Assembly (NCBI GenBank): GCA_029266575.1
Contig: JAQSWP010000001.1
Span: 1 to 57,804 of the forward strand
Length of the DNA: 57,804 bases
Direction of reading: 5' to 3'
Origin: Alphaproteobacteria bacterium
GTDB lineage: Bacteria > Pseudomonadota > Alphaproteobacteria > Reyranellales > JAQSWP01
The first letter of the stretch is position 1; the number at the start of each line of letters is the position of its first letter. Below the pieces are notes generated by a model, which saw only the letters and a list, made by a program, of their open reading frames with translations, was not told the DNA's origin and did not search any database. Made by a program: the position numbers and the translations under genes. This document shows, in pieces, positions 37,410-47,568 of this stretch.

Positions 37410-38936
37410 ATGTCGGACGAGAAGAGCTTCAAGCCGAAACGCCCCGATCTGGAGCGCGTACTCCAGGCGCGCGCCGCCATTCTCGATGTGGCGCGGCCGA
37501 AAGCCGTGGAGAAACAGCGCAAGCGCAAGCGCTGGACGGCGCGCGAAGGCATTGCCGGTCTGGTCGATCCCGGCAGCCTGGTCGAGTACGGTGGGCTGGC
37601 GCGGCCGGCGGTCGAGGGCATGGAGGGCGCGGCCGACGGGCTGGTGATGGGCACCGCCCAGATCAATGGCGTGCCGGTCGATCTGGTGGTCTACGACTAC
37701 ACCGTCTATGCCGGCACCCAGAGCGCCGTGAACCATCCCAAGATCAGCCGCATGTTCGCCCATGCCGAGCAGCATCGCCTGCCGGTGATCTGCTGGCTCG
37801 ATGGCGGCGGCGCGCGCCCGCACGACATGCTGGTCAACAACCGCGCCTCGACCTCGACTTTCGTCATCTTCGCAAGGCTTGCCGGTCTGGTGCCGACCAT
37901 CGGCATCCTGCCCGGCCGCGCCTTTGCCGGCCACGCCAACCTCGCCGGCATGTGCGATGTGCTGATCGCCACCAAGGATTCGTCCATGGGCATGGCCGGC
38001 CCGCCGCTGGTCGAGGCGGCGCTGGGCATCAAGCTGACGCCGGAGGAGCTGGGGCCGGCGTCGGTGCATGTCGCTTCCGGCGTCATCGACATTCTGGTCG
38101 ATGACGAGGCGCAGGCCATTGCACTGGCAAAGAAGTACCTGGCTTATTTCAAGGGGCCGCATGCCAAGGCGGAAGCGCCGGACCAGAACGCCATGCGCGA
38201 GGTGGTGCCGGAGAACCCCAAGCGCGCCTACAACGTGCGCAAGGTGATCGAGATTCTGGCCGACAGGGATAGCATTCTCGAACTGAAACCCGCCTACGGC
38301 CGCGCCATCGTCACCTCGCTGATCCGGCTCGACGGCCGGCCGGTGGGCGTGGTAGCCAGCCAGCCGATGTTCCTGGCCGGCGCCATCGACGGGCCGGCCT
38401 CGGACAAGGCAGCGCATTTCATCCAGATCTGCGATGCCTTCGACATTCCCGTGGTTATCCTATGCGACACACCGGGCCTGATGGTGGGGCCGGAGGTGGA
38501 GAAGACCGGGCTGGTGCGCCGCTCGGCGCGCATTCTCACGGCGCTGGCCAATGCCACGGTGCCGATCATGACCGTGGTGCTGCGCAAGGCCTATGGGCTT
38601 GGCTATTACATCATGGGCTCGCCACCGCTCGATCCGGCGGTGCTGGTGGCGTGGCCGACAGCGGAGTTCGGCGGCATGGGGCTGGAAGGTGCGGTCAACA
38701 TCCTGCACGGGCCGGAGCTGGATGCCGCGCCCGACGCGCAGGCGCGCACCGCCCTGCAAGCCAAACTGGCGGAGAAGCTGAAGGCGCACAACACGGCGCT
38801 GGAAGTAGCGTCCCGCTATCTGGTCGACGACGTGATCGACCCCGCCGAGACGCGCGACATCCTGCTCAAGACGCTGGCCAGCCTGCCCCAACCCGAACCG
38901 CGTACGAGCCGCAAGCGCATCATCGAGCCGTTCTGA
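37410..38936 (+). CDS. Acyl-CoA carboxylase carboxyltransferase domain protein (stand-alone)
   Basis: YDYTVYAGTQ, DGGGARP, GMAGPPL, CDAFDIP..LCDTPGLMVGP, RKAYGLG, WPTAEFGGMGLEGAV. Confidence 0.9.
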   Translation: MSDEKSFKPKRPDLERVLQARAAILDVARPKAVEKQRKRKRWTAREGIAGLVDPGSLVEYGGLARPAVEGMEGAADGLVMGTAQINGVPVDLVVYDYTVYAGTQSAVNHPKISRMFAHAEQHRLPVICWLDGGGARPHDMLVNNRASTSTFVIFARLAGLVPTIGILPGRAFAGHANLAGMCDVLIATKDSSMGMAGPPLVEAALGIKLTPEELGPASVHVASGVIDILVDDEAQAIALAKKYLAYFKGPHAKAEAPDQNAMREVVPENPKRAYNVRKVIEILADRDSILELKPAYGRAIVTSLIRLDGRPVGVVASQPMFLAGAIDGPASDKAAHFIQICDAFDIPVVILCDTPGLMVGPEVEKTGLVRRSARILTALANATVPIMTVVLRKAYGLGYYIMGSPPLDPAVLVAWPTAEFGGMGLEGAVNILHGPELDAAPDAQARTALQAKLAEKLKAHNTALEVASRYLVDDVIDPAETRDILLKTLASLPQPEPRTSRKRIIEPF

Positions 38937-40293
38937 ACACCAGCATCGTCGCCAGCAGCAGCATCGCCAGCACGGCCGCGCTGCCGGCAAAGACATAGAC
39001 AAAGGCGATCACGAAGGCGGGCTGCGGCCCATAGCCCGCGCCAAGCGCACCAGCTTCGAGAATGGCGTAGGCGGCTGCCAGTACCGTAGCGCCACCGACC
39101 GTTCCCAAAGTGCGGGTCAGCATGGCCAGGCTTCCCGCAACGCCGCGCTCCTCGACCCGCAAGGCGGCGACCACCATATCGGTGTAAGCGACTTGGAACC
39201 CGCCCAGCGCGATGCCTTGCAGCAGCAGCGCCGCGCCGATCAGCATCAGCCCGGTATCGAGGCCGCACAAGGCCGCCAGCGCCAGGCCAAGACAGAGAAT
39301 CCAGCCGTAGCAGAACGCCAATAGATGCTGCGAAACGCTTTTCACCGCCAGCTTGCCCGCTGCCCACGCGCCCAGCATGGAGCCGGCAGCCCATAAGGTC
39401 ATGACCAGGCCGACGGCGCGCACTTCCAGCGCCAGGATGCGCGTCAGATAGTACGGCACCAGCAGAAGTGCGGCGAAGCCGACCAGGAAGATGGCGATGT
39501 TCAGCAGGTTGATGGCGCTGAAGCGCGCACTGGCGAACAGCGACAGGCGGATAGTCGGATTGGGCGAGTGGCGTTCGCGGCGGATGAACAGCGCCAGCAC
39601 CAGCGTTCCGGCGCCCAGCAGGCCAAGCGCAATTCCTGCCGGAATGCCCGGCGCTTGCAGCAGGGCGAGGCCGAGCAAGATAGTGCTCATCCAGAAGCCC
39701 AGCAGCAGGGCACTGGAAAAATCGAAGCGGTCGAGCGCCGCGCGTGTTCCCGGAGCAAGCACGAAACTGGCGCAAAGCGCGGCAAGCGCGATGGGAACGC
39801 GGAACCAGTAGACGCCCTGCCAGCCCAGCGCCTCGATGGCGAAGCCGCCAATCAGCGGGCCGCCGGCAATGCCTGCGGCATAGAGCATGCCGTAGAAGCT
39901 GAGCGCTCTGGTGCGTTCCGATTCGGGATAGAGCGCCACGGTCAGCGCCGGCGCGCAGCTCATCACCAGCGCCGTGCCGATGCCTTGCAGCACGCGGAAC
40001 GCCAGCAGCATGGGATAGGTCTCAGCCAGCGCGCACAGGATCAGCGCGACAGTGGAGATCAGCAGGCCGAGGCGGAAGATCAGGCGATAGCCGAAGAGAT
40101 CGCCCAGTCGGCCGCACACCAGCACCATGGTGGCGTAAGTCAGCACGTAGGCGATGGCGATCCACTGGATCGATTGCAGCTTCAGATCGAAAGCTGCAGT
40201 GATGGCCGGAAAAGCGACGTTGACGGAGGTATCGAGCGGCTGCAGCGCCGCGCCCAGACCGATGACCAGCAGCGGCAGGACGCGGCTTTGCAC
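38920..40293 (-). CDS. MFS transporter (DHA2-like)
   Basis: LDTSVNVAFPAI, GRLGDLFGYR, FRVLQGIG, GWQGVYWFRVPI; many TM segments. Confidence 0.88.
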   Translation of the reverse strand: MQSRVLPLLVIGLGAALQPLDTSVNVAFPAITAAFDLKLQSIQWIAIAYVLTYATMVLVCGRLGDLFGYRLIFRLGLLISTVALILCALAETYPMLLAFRVLQGIGTALVMSCAPALTVALYPESERTRALSFYGMLYAAGIAGGPLIGGFAIEALGWQGVYWFRVPIALAALCASFVLAPGTRAALDRFDFSSALLLGFWMSTILLGLALLQAPGIPAGIALGLLGAGTLVLALFIRRERHSPNPTIRLSLFASARFSAINLLNIAIFLVGFAALLLVPYYLTRILALEVRAVGLVMTLWAAGSMLGAWAAGKLAVKSVSQHLLAFCYGWILCLGLALAALCGLDTGLMLIGAALLLQGIALGGFQVAYTDMVVAALRVEERGVAGSLAMLTRTLGTVGGATVLAAAYAILEAGALGAGYGPQPAFVIAFVYVFAGSAAVLAMLLLATMLVFRTAR

Positions 40294-40296
40294 TGG

Positions 40297-40995
40297 TCAG
40301 CGCCGGAAGTCGACGACGTCGGCCAGCTTGGCGCGGCTGGTGCGATATTTGTTGATGGGATGGCTTTCGTCGGGCCAGCCGAAGGAGATGCCGCAGACGA
40401 TGCGGCGGTCGTCGCCGATATCGAAATGCTTGTGCAGGAACTGCGATTGCCGCGCTACGGCGGCCTGCGCGATGGTGGCGACGCCAAAGCTTTGGGCGGC
40501 GATTAGGAACGAGCTGACGTAAAGCCCGCAATCGACCGCGCCATAGACGCCCAGCGCCTCCTCGGTGTGGATGATGGCGACGTGCGGCGCGCCGAAGAAA
40601 TTGAAGTTCTCCAGCGCCTGCATGGTGCGGGCCGGCATGTCCTTGTGGCCGATGCCGACCGCATCGTAGAGCTGGAAACCGCTTTCGCGCCGCCGTTCCT
40701 GATAGACGCCGCGATATTCGCGCGGATAGGGAAAATCGGAATCGTCCGGCTCGTTGGTCATGCCGCGTCCATGCATTTTCTGGCGCAGTTCTTCCGTCGC
40801 CTTGCCCGACGTGACGACCAGCTTCCACGGCTGCGAGTTGCACCACGATGCGGTGTGCTGCGACATGGTGAGGATGCGCTCGACGATGTCCTGCGGCAGC
40901 GGGTCGGGCTTGAAGCTGCGGCACGACCAGCGCGCTTTCAGCAAATTTTCGACCACGTCGGGGGCATTTGCGGGCGGCTTGGTGGCGATGTTCAT
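40297..40995 (-). CDS. Nitroreductase family protein
   Basis: RWSCRSF, ASWCNSQPW, FFGAPH, VCGISFGWPD; AAGGAG RBS. Confidence 0.9.
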   Translation of the reverse strand: MNIATKPPANAPDVVENLLKARWSCRSFKPDPLPQDIVERILTMSQHTASWCNSQPWKLVVTSGKATEELRQKMHGRGMTNEPDDSDFPYPREYRGVYQERRRESGFQLYDAVGIGHKDMPARTMQALENFNFFGAPHVAIIHTEEALGVYGAVDCGLYVSSFLIAAQSFGVATIAQAAVARQSQFLHKHFDIGDDRRIVCGISFGWPDESHPINKYRTSRAKLADVVDFRR

Positions 40996-41011
40996 TTGAT
41001 ACTCCTTGAAT

Positions 41012-41869
41012 TCAATTGCCGGCGCGCGCCAGCACGCGCTGCGCCAGCACCAGATGCGGCTTGTCCAGCATCTTGCCTTCGAGGCCAATGGTGCCGGAAT
41101 CGGGATTGGCGGCGAACACCGCCACCACTTTACGCGCCCACTCGATCTCCTGGGCCGAGGGCGTGAAGGCCTCGTTGATGATCGGCACCTGGTCGGGATG
41201 GATGGCGATCTTGCCGGTATAGCCTTCGCGACGGGCGGCAATGCATTCGCCGCGCAATCCCTCGCCGTTCCTGAAATCGGTATAGACGGTGTCGATCGGC
41301 TGCACGTCGGCCGCCGAAGCGCCTAGTAGGCAGAGCGCGCGGGCGAGGCGGAAGCTGTCGTCGTAAATGCCGTCCGGCCGGCGATTATGCGCGGCGCCGA
41401 TGGCGGCGGAGAGATCCTCCGCACCCCAGGACAGGCCTATTAGGCGCTCGGAGCAGCCCTCGTAGCCGCCCAGCTTGAACATGGCGCCGGCGGTTTCGGT
41501 GGCGATGCAGAAGATGCGGGTCGAGCCTACCTCGCTGCCTGCGGCAGCTTCGAAGGCCGAAAGATAGTGATCGAGTTCGACCGTGCCTTCGGGCGTGCTT
41601 TTGGGAAACACGATGCCGTTGGGTCGGGCCGGCATGATCGCCGCCAGATCCTTCAAGGTCTCGCCGCTGGAGAGCGGGTTGATGCGAACGTAGAATTTCT
41701 GGTCGGGATGCGGCGTCGACAGCATTTGCGCCGCGATCTTGCGCGCCTCGACTCTCTTGGAAGCGGCGACCGAATCCTCAAGGTCGATGATGAGGCCGTC
41801 GGCGCCGGAGATCTGGCCGCGGGCGAATTTTTTCTCGCTGTCGGCGGGAATGAACAGCATCGAACGCAT
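41012..41869 (-). CDS. CitE/HpcH family CoA-ester lyase
   Basis: MRSMLFIPAD, IDLEDSV, VRIN, WGAEDL, GKIAIHPDQV, GKMLDKPH. Confidence 0.9.
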   Translation of the reverse strand: MRSMLFIPADSEKKFARGQISGADGLIIDLEDSVAASKRVEARKIAAQMLSTPHPDQKFYVRINPLSSGETLKDLAAIMPARPNGIVFPKSTPEGTVELDHYLSAFEAAAGSEVGSTRIFCIATETAGAMFKLGGYEGCSERLIGLSWGAEDLSAAIGAAHNRRPDGIYDDSFRLARALCLLGASAADVQPIDTVYTDFRNGEGLRGECIAARREGYTGKIAIHPDQVPIINEAFTPSAQEIEWARKVVAVFAANPDSGTIGLEGKMLDKPHLVLAQRVLARAGN

Positions 41870-41879
41870 GAGTCTCTCC

Positions 41880-42335
41880 TTATGCTTTCGGCTTGCAGCG
41901 CATGAAGGCGGAGCGATGGCACAGCGCCACCATTTCGCCGCGCTGGTTGGTGGCGGTGTGCTCGAACACCACGATGCCGGCATCGCTGCGCGACTTGCTC
42001 ATGCGCTTGGACAGCACCGTCGTCTTCACCCGCAACGTGTCGCCATGGAATACCGGCTTGGGAAACTCGACCTTGGTCATGCCGAGATTGGCGATTGTGG
42101 TGCCCAACGTCGTGTCGCCGACGGAAATGCCGATCATGACGCCAAGCGTAAAAAGAGAATTCACCAGGCGCTGGCCGAACTCGGTCTTCTTGGCGAATTC
42201 CTCGTCCAGGTGCAGCGGCTGCGGATTGTGCGTCAATGCGCTGAACAGCACGTTGTCCATCTCGGTAACGGTGCGCGTGAGATCATGGTTGAACACCTGA
42301 CCTTCGCTGAATTGTTCGTAGTAAAGACCGGCCAT
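41880..42335 (-). CDS. MaoC family dehydratase
   Basis: [28 protein letters not shown]...[12 protein letters not shown]. Confidence 0.92.
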   Translation of the reverse strand: MAGLYYEQFSEGQVFNHDLTRTVTEMDNVLFSALTHNPQPLHLDEEFAKKTEFGQRLVNSLFTLGVMIGISVGDTTLGTTIANLGMTKVEFPKPVFHGDTLRVKTTVLSKRMSKSRSDAGIVVFEHTATNQRGEMVALCHRSAFMRCKPKA

Positions 42336-42347
42336 GACGTACTCCCT

Positions 42348-43430
42348 CTATGCTTGAGCCCGCGCACGGGCGATGAGATCGCTGCCCAGCCGCGCCTGGC
42401 GAATGGCACGCGGGCCGCGGGCGATGTTCAGACTACCGCGCAGGTCGTTGAGGATAGAGGCGAGGCTCGCGTCGGCAGGCAAGGTTTCGATCAGCGCCAT
42501 CATGCGCTGCACAGTCACACGCAGGCCGACCAATTGCGCGGCCGCATCCTTGTTTACCCTGCCATCATCCAGCGGATCGACCACCGCCGCCAGCACCGGC
42601 ACGATCAGCGCCTGCAACGCCGCCAGCTCGCCCAAGATCGCCAGAGTCTCTGGCGGCTGTTCGCTATCGAGACCGCGGGCAATGCGGCGCAGCAGATGGT
42701 TGACGATGCCGATCATGCCACCGGCGCCGACGCCATCCTCGACATCGCGGAAACGCAACGACATGCGATCGAATGCGGTGCCTTCGCTGCCCAGCATTGA
42801 GGACGACGGCACACGGCAGTTCTCCAGTTTCAACTGGCAATGCGGCGAGGGCTTGAGAAAATCGAGCGGCTTGGTCGGCACGATGCTGAAGCCCGGCGTG
42901 TCCTTCGGCACCAGGAAGGCGGAGAAGCGATTGCGTCCCTCCTCGTTGGAGGTGATTGCCATGACGATGAAGAGATCGGCAATCGGCCCGTTGGTGACGA
43001 AGGCCTTTTCGCCATCGAGGACGAAGTCGGAACTGTCGCGACGGGCAGTCGCGTTCAGATGTTTGGGATGCGCGCCGATGCCAGGCTCGGAGATGGCGAC
43101 AGAGGCCGTCAGCTCGCCGCTGGCCAGACGCGGCAGATATTGCTGCCGCTGCGCGTTGTTGGCGAAACCGTCGATGAACCACAATGCCGTGAGCTGATGC
43201 CCGGTCCATGACAGGCCGAAGCCGAGCGAGCCGCCCTCTTCCACCAGAGCTTTTTCCGCTTCCGCAATGGCACGATAGCCGCCGCCGGTGCCACCGAATT
43301 CCTCGCGCAAGCCGATGCGGAACAGGCCCGCCGCACCCATCGCCCGCCACAGATCGTGTGGGAAAGCATCGCTGTGCAGGTCGCGGCCCGCCACATGCGC
43401 GCGGGCGAAGTCGCGCATGGCCGAACTCAT
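42348..43430 (-). CDS. Acyl-CoA dehydrogenase family protein with divergent C-terminus
   Basis: WRAMGAAGL, EEFGGTG, AISEPGIG, LDGEKAFVTNGPIAD. Confidence 0.8.
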   Translation of the reverse strand: MSSAMRDFARAHVAGRDLHSDAFPHDLWRAMGAAGLFRIGLREEFGGTGGGYRAIAEAEKALVEEGGSLGFGLSWTGHQLTALWFIDGFANNAQRQQYLPRLASGELTASVAISEPGIGAHPKHLNATARRDSSDFVLDGEKAFVTNGPIADLFIVMAITSNEEGRNRFSAFLVPKDTPGFSIVPTKPLDFLKPSPHCQLKLENCRVPSSSMLGSEGTAFDRMSLRFRDVEDGVGAGGMIGIVNHLLRRIARGLDSEQPPETLAILGELAALQALIVPVLAAVVDPLDDGRVNKDAAAQLVGLRVTVQRMMALIETLPADASLASILNDLRGSLNIARGPRAIRQARLGSDLIARARAQA

Positions 43431-43906
43431 TTCAGATGGCGTTCCAGCAGTTCCAGCGCGCCCTTGGCGAAGGCACGCATGTTGGCGACGCGATCGGGGC
43501 TACCGGTTTCCAGCGTGACGCTCTGCTCGACCGGACCCATCACGGCAAAGCAGCTATGGCCCGCGGCATCGCCATAACCATTGCCGGTGGGCCCGGCGGC
43601 GCCGGTCTCGCACAGGCCCCACGTAGCGCCCAGCTTGGTGCGGACCAGGCCGGCCATGAAGCGCGCATAGGGCTCGCTGGAGGAGCGCATGCCGGTCATC
43701 TGCTCGCGCGTGATGCCGAACAATTCCTTGCCGGCAATGCGGGTATAGATGACGCCACCGCCCTGGAAATAGACTGAGGCGCCGGGCACCGCCAGCAGCG
43801 CCGCCGAGATCAGCCCGCCGGCCGAGGATTCGCTGACCGCCACGGTTTGCTTGTGTTCTTTCAGCCGCGCCCCGATGCGGGCGGCGATGGGCAGAAGTTC
43901 CTGCAT
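43427..43906 (-). CDS. CinA C-terminal / PncC family protein
   Basis: VAVSESSAGGLISAAL..VPGAS.YF.GG, ETGAAGPTG. Confidence 0.87.
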   Translation of the reverse strand: MQELLPIAARIGARLKEHKQTVAVSESSAGGLISAALLAVPGASVYFQGGGVIYTRIAGKELFGITREQMTGMRSSSEPYARFMAGLVRTKLGATWGLCETGAAGPTGNGYGDAAGHSCFAVMGPVEQSVTLETGSPDRVANMRAFAKGALELLERHLK

Positions 43907-44014
43907 GGTTTCCTCTCGCGCTTTCCGGTGGCGACTTTACACTGGCGCAGCCGCCGGTCGACGGCAAACCGGCGCGGCCAGATGGGCCGCACCGCGAAAC
44001 GAGGGAGAGAAGCG

Positions 44015-45025
44015 ATGGAACTGCGCAGGCTGGGAAAATCGGGAACCCTGGTATCGCCGATCTGCCTGGGCGCGATGATGTTTTCCGATCGCACCGACGA
44101 GGGCGAGGCCAGGCGCATCGTGGGTTCCGCCAAAGACGCCGGCATCAATTTCATCGACACCGCCGACGTCTATGTCCAGGGCAAGTCGGAGGAGATGACC
44201 GGCAAGCTGCTGAAAGCGGAGCGCAATCACTGGATCATCGCCACCAAATTCGCCAACCAGATGGGCAAGGACCCCAATCAAAAAGGCGGTGGCCGGCGCT
44301 GGATCATGCGCGCCTGCGAGGACAGTCTGCGGCGGTTGGGTGTCGACACGATCGATCTATATTACATCCATCGCGACGATCTCGATACGCCGCTGGAGGA
44401 GACCATCGCCGCCCTGGGCGATCTGATTCGCGCCGGCAAGATCCGCTATATCGGCCTGTCCAATTTCCGCGCCTATCGGCTGACCGCCTTCACCCTGCTA
44501 TGCCGGCAGATGGGCGTGCCGCAGCCTGTGGCGCTGCAGCCCTACTACAACGCCATGGACCGCACTGGTGAGGTCGAGGTGCTGCCGGCCGCCAACTATC
44601 TCGGGCTGGGCGTGGTTTCCTATTCGCCGCTGTCGCGCGGAGTGCTGACCGGCAAATATGCACCCGACGGCAAACCCGAACAGGGCACCCGCGCCGGCCG
44701 CGCCGACCGGCGCATGATGGAAACCGAATTCCGTCAGGAGTCGCTGGTGCTGGCGCAGCAGATCAAGAAGCATGCCGAAGCGTGCGGCATTACCGCCGGA
44801 CAGTTCGCGCTCAACTGGGTGCTGAACAACAAGCTCATTACATCGGTGCTGGCCGGACCGCGCACCATGGAGCAGTGGCAGGAGTACGTGAAAGCGCTTG
44901 ATTACAAGTTCACCAAGGAGGACGAAGCACTGATCGACGGCATGGTGAAGACCGGTCACGCGTCGACGCACTACTACACCGACCCGGCCTATCCCATAAC
45001 CGGGCGCGTATCGCGATCGAGCTAG
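44015..45025 (+). CDS. Aldo/keto reductase
   Basis: LGKSG..VSPICLG, FIDTADVY, IATK, SLRRLGVDTIDLYYIH, GKIRYIGLSN, YSPLSRG.LTGKY. Confidence 0.93.
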   Translation: MELRRLGKSGTLVSPICLGAMMFSDRTDEGEARRIVGSAKDAGINFIDTADVYVQGKSEEMTGKLLKAERNHWIIATKFANQMGKDPNQKGGGRRWIMRACEDSLRRLGVDTIDLYYIHRDDLDTPLEETIAALGDLIRAGKIRYIGLSNFRAYRLTAFTLLCRQMGVPQPVALQPYYNAMDRTGEVEVLPAANYLGLGVVSYSPLSRGVLTGKYAPDGKPEQGTRAGRADRRMMETEFRQESLVLAQQIKKHAEACGITAGQFALNWVLNNKLITSVLAGPRTMEQWQEYVKALDYKFTKEDEALIDGMVKTGHASTHYYTDPAYPITGRVSRSS

Positions 45026-46530
45026 GTCGCGTCGAAACGGCGGCGGCGGATCAGCAGCACCAGCGGGATCGGCAGCAGGGTGAGCCAGAACAGCAGGGTG
45101 AAATCGTCGAGATAGGCGATCATGCCGGCCTGCCGCACCAGCTCTGCATGAATGAGGCTGACGGCCTGCAGGCGATCGACCGTGGCGCCCCCGGCGGCCA
45201 GCGCTTCAGCCACTTGTTCGGCGTCGAAATTGGCCCGCCACGACAATTCGATCACGCCGGCATCGGTCTGGTGCGTCAGCACCGCCACCACCATGGAAAT
45301 GCCGATCGAGCTGCCGAGATTGCGCAGCAAGGCATAGATGCCCGTGCCCTCCGGCCGCAGCGCCGCCTGCAAGGTGGAGAACGTCACGGTGGTCAGGGGC
45401 ACGAACAGCAGACCCAGGCCAAAACCCTGGATGAAGCCGTTGACCAGCAGACGCCGCAGGCTGACATCGAGAGTGAAGGTCGTCATGTCCCAGGTCGCAT
45501 AGGCTGCGACCAGCAGGCCGCTGATGATGAAGATGCGCAGATCGAAACGGTTGAGCAAGCGGCCGACGATCAGCATGGCGAGCATGGTGCCGACGCCGCG
45601 TGGGGCGATCACTTCGCCCACCGCCATCACCGGATAGTCCTTCAGTTGCTGCAGGAATGGCGGCAACAGCGCCAGCAGCGAATAGAGCAGCAACCCGACC
45701 AGGAACATCAAGGTGACGCCTAGCACGAAATTGTGGTCGCGGAACAAAGCGAGGGAGACGAAAGGCTGCCTGGCCGTCAGCGAATGGACGATGAACATGG
45801 CGAGCGCGGTTGCCGCGACCAGAGCTTCGAGCTTGATCTCCAGCGACTGGAACCAGTCCTCGCCCTGGCCGCGATCGAGCATGAGCTGGAACGAGCCAAC
45901 CGCGAGGCTCAGCAGGGCAAAGCCCAGCAGATCGAAGCGAAAGCGGCGATGCTCGGCATTGTCGGGAATGACCAGCATAATGACGGCAACGCTCAGCACG
46001 CCGATCGGCACGTTGATGTAGAACACGTAGCGCCAGCCATACAGCTCGGTCAGATAGCCGCCCAAGGTCGGACCCAGAATGGGGCCGATCATGACGCCGA
46101 TACCCCACAGCGCCATGGCGCTGCCGTGCTTTTCCGGCGGATAGGTGTCGAGCAGCACCGATTGCGACAGCGGAATGAGCGAGGCGCCGAACACGCCTTG
46201 CAAAATGCGGAACAGCACGATCTGTCCCAGATCTTGCGCAGCGCCGCACAGGCCCGAAGTAATGGTGAACCCGGCCACGGCAATGGCGAAATAGTTGCGC
46301 CGCCCAAAGCGGGCGGCCAGCCAGGCGGTGGGCGCGGTCATGATGGCGGACGCCACGATATAGGAGGTCAGCACCCAGGCGATCTGGTCGTGCGTCGCCG
46401 ACAGCGATCCCTGCATGTGCGGCAGAGCGACATTGGCGATGGTGGTGTCGAGCGCATACATGATCGCCGGCACCATCACCGCCGCCGTGACGATCAGCGG
46501 GTGCCTGGCCGGCGCCTCTGCCCCCACCAT
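45022..46530 (-). CDS. emrB: DHA2 family efflux MFS transporter (EmrB/QacA)
   Basis: LDTTIANVALPHMQGSL, WVLTSY, FRILQG, GPILGPTLGG, WRYVFYINVPIG. Confidence 0.88.
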   Translation of the reverse strand: MVGAEAPARHPLIVTAAVMVPAIMYALDTTIANVALPHMQGSLSATHDQIAWVLTSYIVASAIMTAPTAWLAARFGRRNYFAIAVAGFTITSGLCGAAQDLGQIVLFRILQGVFGASLIPLSQSVLLDTYPPEKHGSAMALWGIGVMIGPILGPTLGGYLTELYGWRYVFYINVPIGVLSVAVIMLVIPDNAEHRRFRFDLLGFALLSLAVGSFQLMLDRGQGEDWFQSLEIKLEALVAATALAMFIVHSLTARQPFVSLALFRDHNFVLGVTLMFLVGLLLYSLLALLPPFLQQLKDYPVMAVGEVIAPRGVGTMLAMLIVGRLLNRFDLRIFIISGLLVAAYATWDMTTFTLDVSLRRLLVNGFIQGFGLGLLFVPLTTVTFSTLQAALRPEGTGIYALLRNLGSSIGISMVVAVLTHQTDAGVIELSWRANFDAEQVAEALAAGGATVDRLQAVSLIHAELVRQAGMIAYLDDFTLLFWLTLLPIPLVLLIRRRRFDAT

Positions 46531-46533
46531 GAG

Positions 46534-47568
46534 TTAGCGCCGCGCGGGTGCCGGCGTTTGCGCCGCCGCGCCCTGCTCGCCGGTATCGATGGTGACGATG
46601 GCGCTCATGCCCATGCGCAGCGGCGGCTTGGCGGGGTCGGCCTCGATCGCCAGCCGCACCGGCAGGCGCTGCACCACCTTGACCCAGTTCCCGGTGGCGT
46701 TCTGCGGCGGCAGGATTGAGAACTCAGCGCCAGTGGCGGGGCTCAGGCTTTCGACCTTGCCCTTCCATTCGACGCCGGGATAGGCGTCGACGGTAAAAGT
46801 TACGAGCTGGCCTTCGCGCACCTTGGTGAGCTGCGATTCCTTGAGATTAGCCTCGATCCAGATTTCCTCGACCGCCACCAGATTGAGCGCCGGCATGCCG
46901 GCGCGCACATAGCCGCCGCTTCTGATCTGGTCGAGCCGGCCGACGATGGCGCGGGTCGGCGCGTGCACCACCGAGCGGCGCAGATCGAGCGCCATCTGGT
47001 TGCGGGTCTGCAACGCCATGCGAAAGCGCGGATGCTCCTCGGCCTTGATGTCGGGATCGCCGGAGAGATCGGCCAGCAGCTTGCCCGCCTCCTGCTTGAG
47101 CACAGCTACGCGCTGGTTGGCGACATCGAGCCTGGTGCGCGCCTCGTCCAGCCGCGCTTCGGCCGCGACCCGGCTGGCGACCAGCGAGGACTGGCGCTTG
47201 AATTCGCGTTCGGCGAACTCGACATTGGCCGCTTCCTGCTTCTGCAGCTCCAGGTTCTGCCGCAACGTGGCGCGCATGGCATCGATCTGGTCGCGGATCA
47301 GCGCCAGCTCGGCATCGGCCTTGGCCAGCCCGATGCGCAGCGGCTCGTCGTCGATGCGAAACAACTCGGCGCCTTTTTCGACCAGCTGGTTTTCCTCCAC
47401 CAGCACGGTGGCGACCCTGCCGGAGATTTCCGGGCTGATCTGGATACGCACGGCCTTGACGTAGGCGTTGTCGGTCTCGATGTAACGGCCGCCGCTGAAC
47501 AACAGCCAGGCGCCAACGGCGATGCCGACCAGCAGGACCAGCCCCAGCAACACGAAGCGGTTCGTCAT
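46534..47568 (-). CDS. emrA: HlyD family membrane fusion protein (EmrA-like)
   Basis: ETDNAYV, ISPEISGRV, ANLKESQL, SPATGAEFSILPPQNATGNWVKVVQRLPVR. Confidence 0.88.
   Translation of the reverse strand: MTNRFVLLGLVLLVGIAVGAWLLFSGGRYIETDNAYVKAVRIQISPEISGRVATVLVEENQLVEKGAELFRIDDEPLRIGLAKADAELALIRDQIDAMRATLRQNLELQKQEAANVEFAEREFKRQSSLVASRVAAEARLDEARTRLDVANQRVAVLKQEAGKLLADLSGDPDIKAEEHPRFRMALQTRNQMALDLRRSVVHAPTRAIVGRLDQIRSGGYVRAGMPALNLVAVEEIWIEANLKESQLTKVREGQLVTFTVDAYPGVEWKGKVESLSPATGAEFSILPPQNATGNWVKVVQRLPVRLAIEADPAKPPLRMGMSAIVTIDTGEQGAAAQTPAPARR

Noticed and set aside
37245-38417. N-terminal extension making a 925-aa CoA ligase
   Set aside because: The extension is antisense to the carboxyltransferase; ligase similarity starts at ATG 37244
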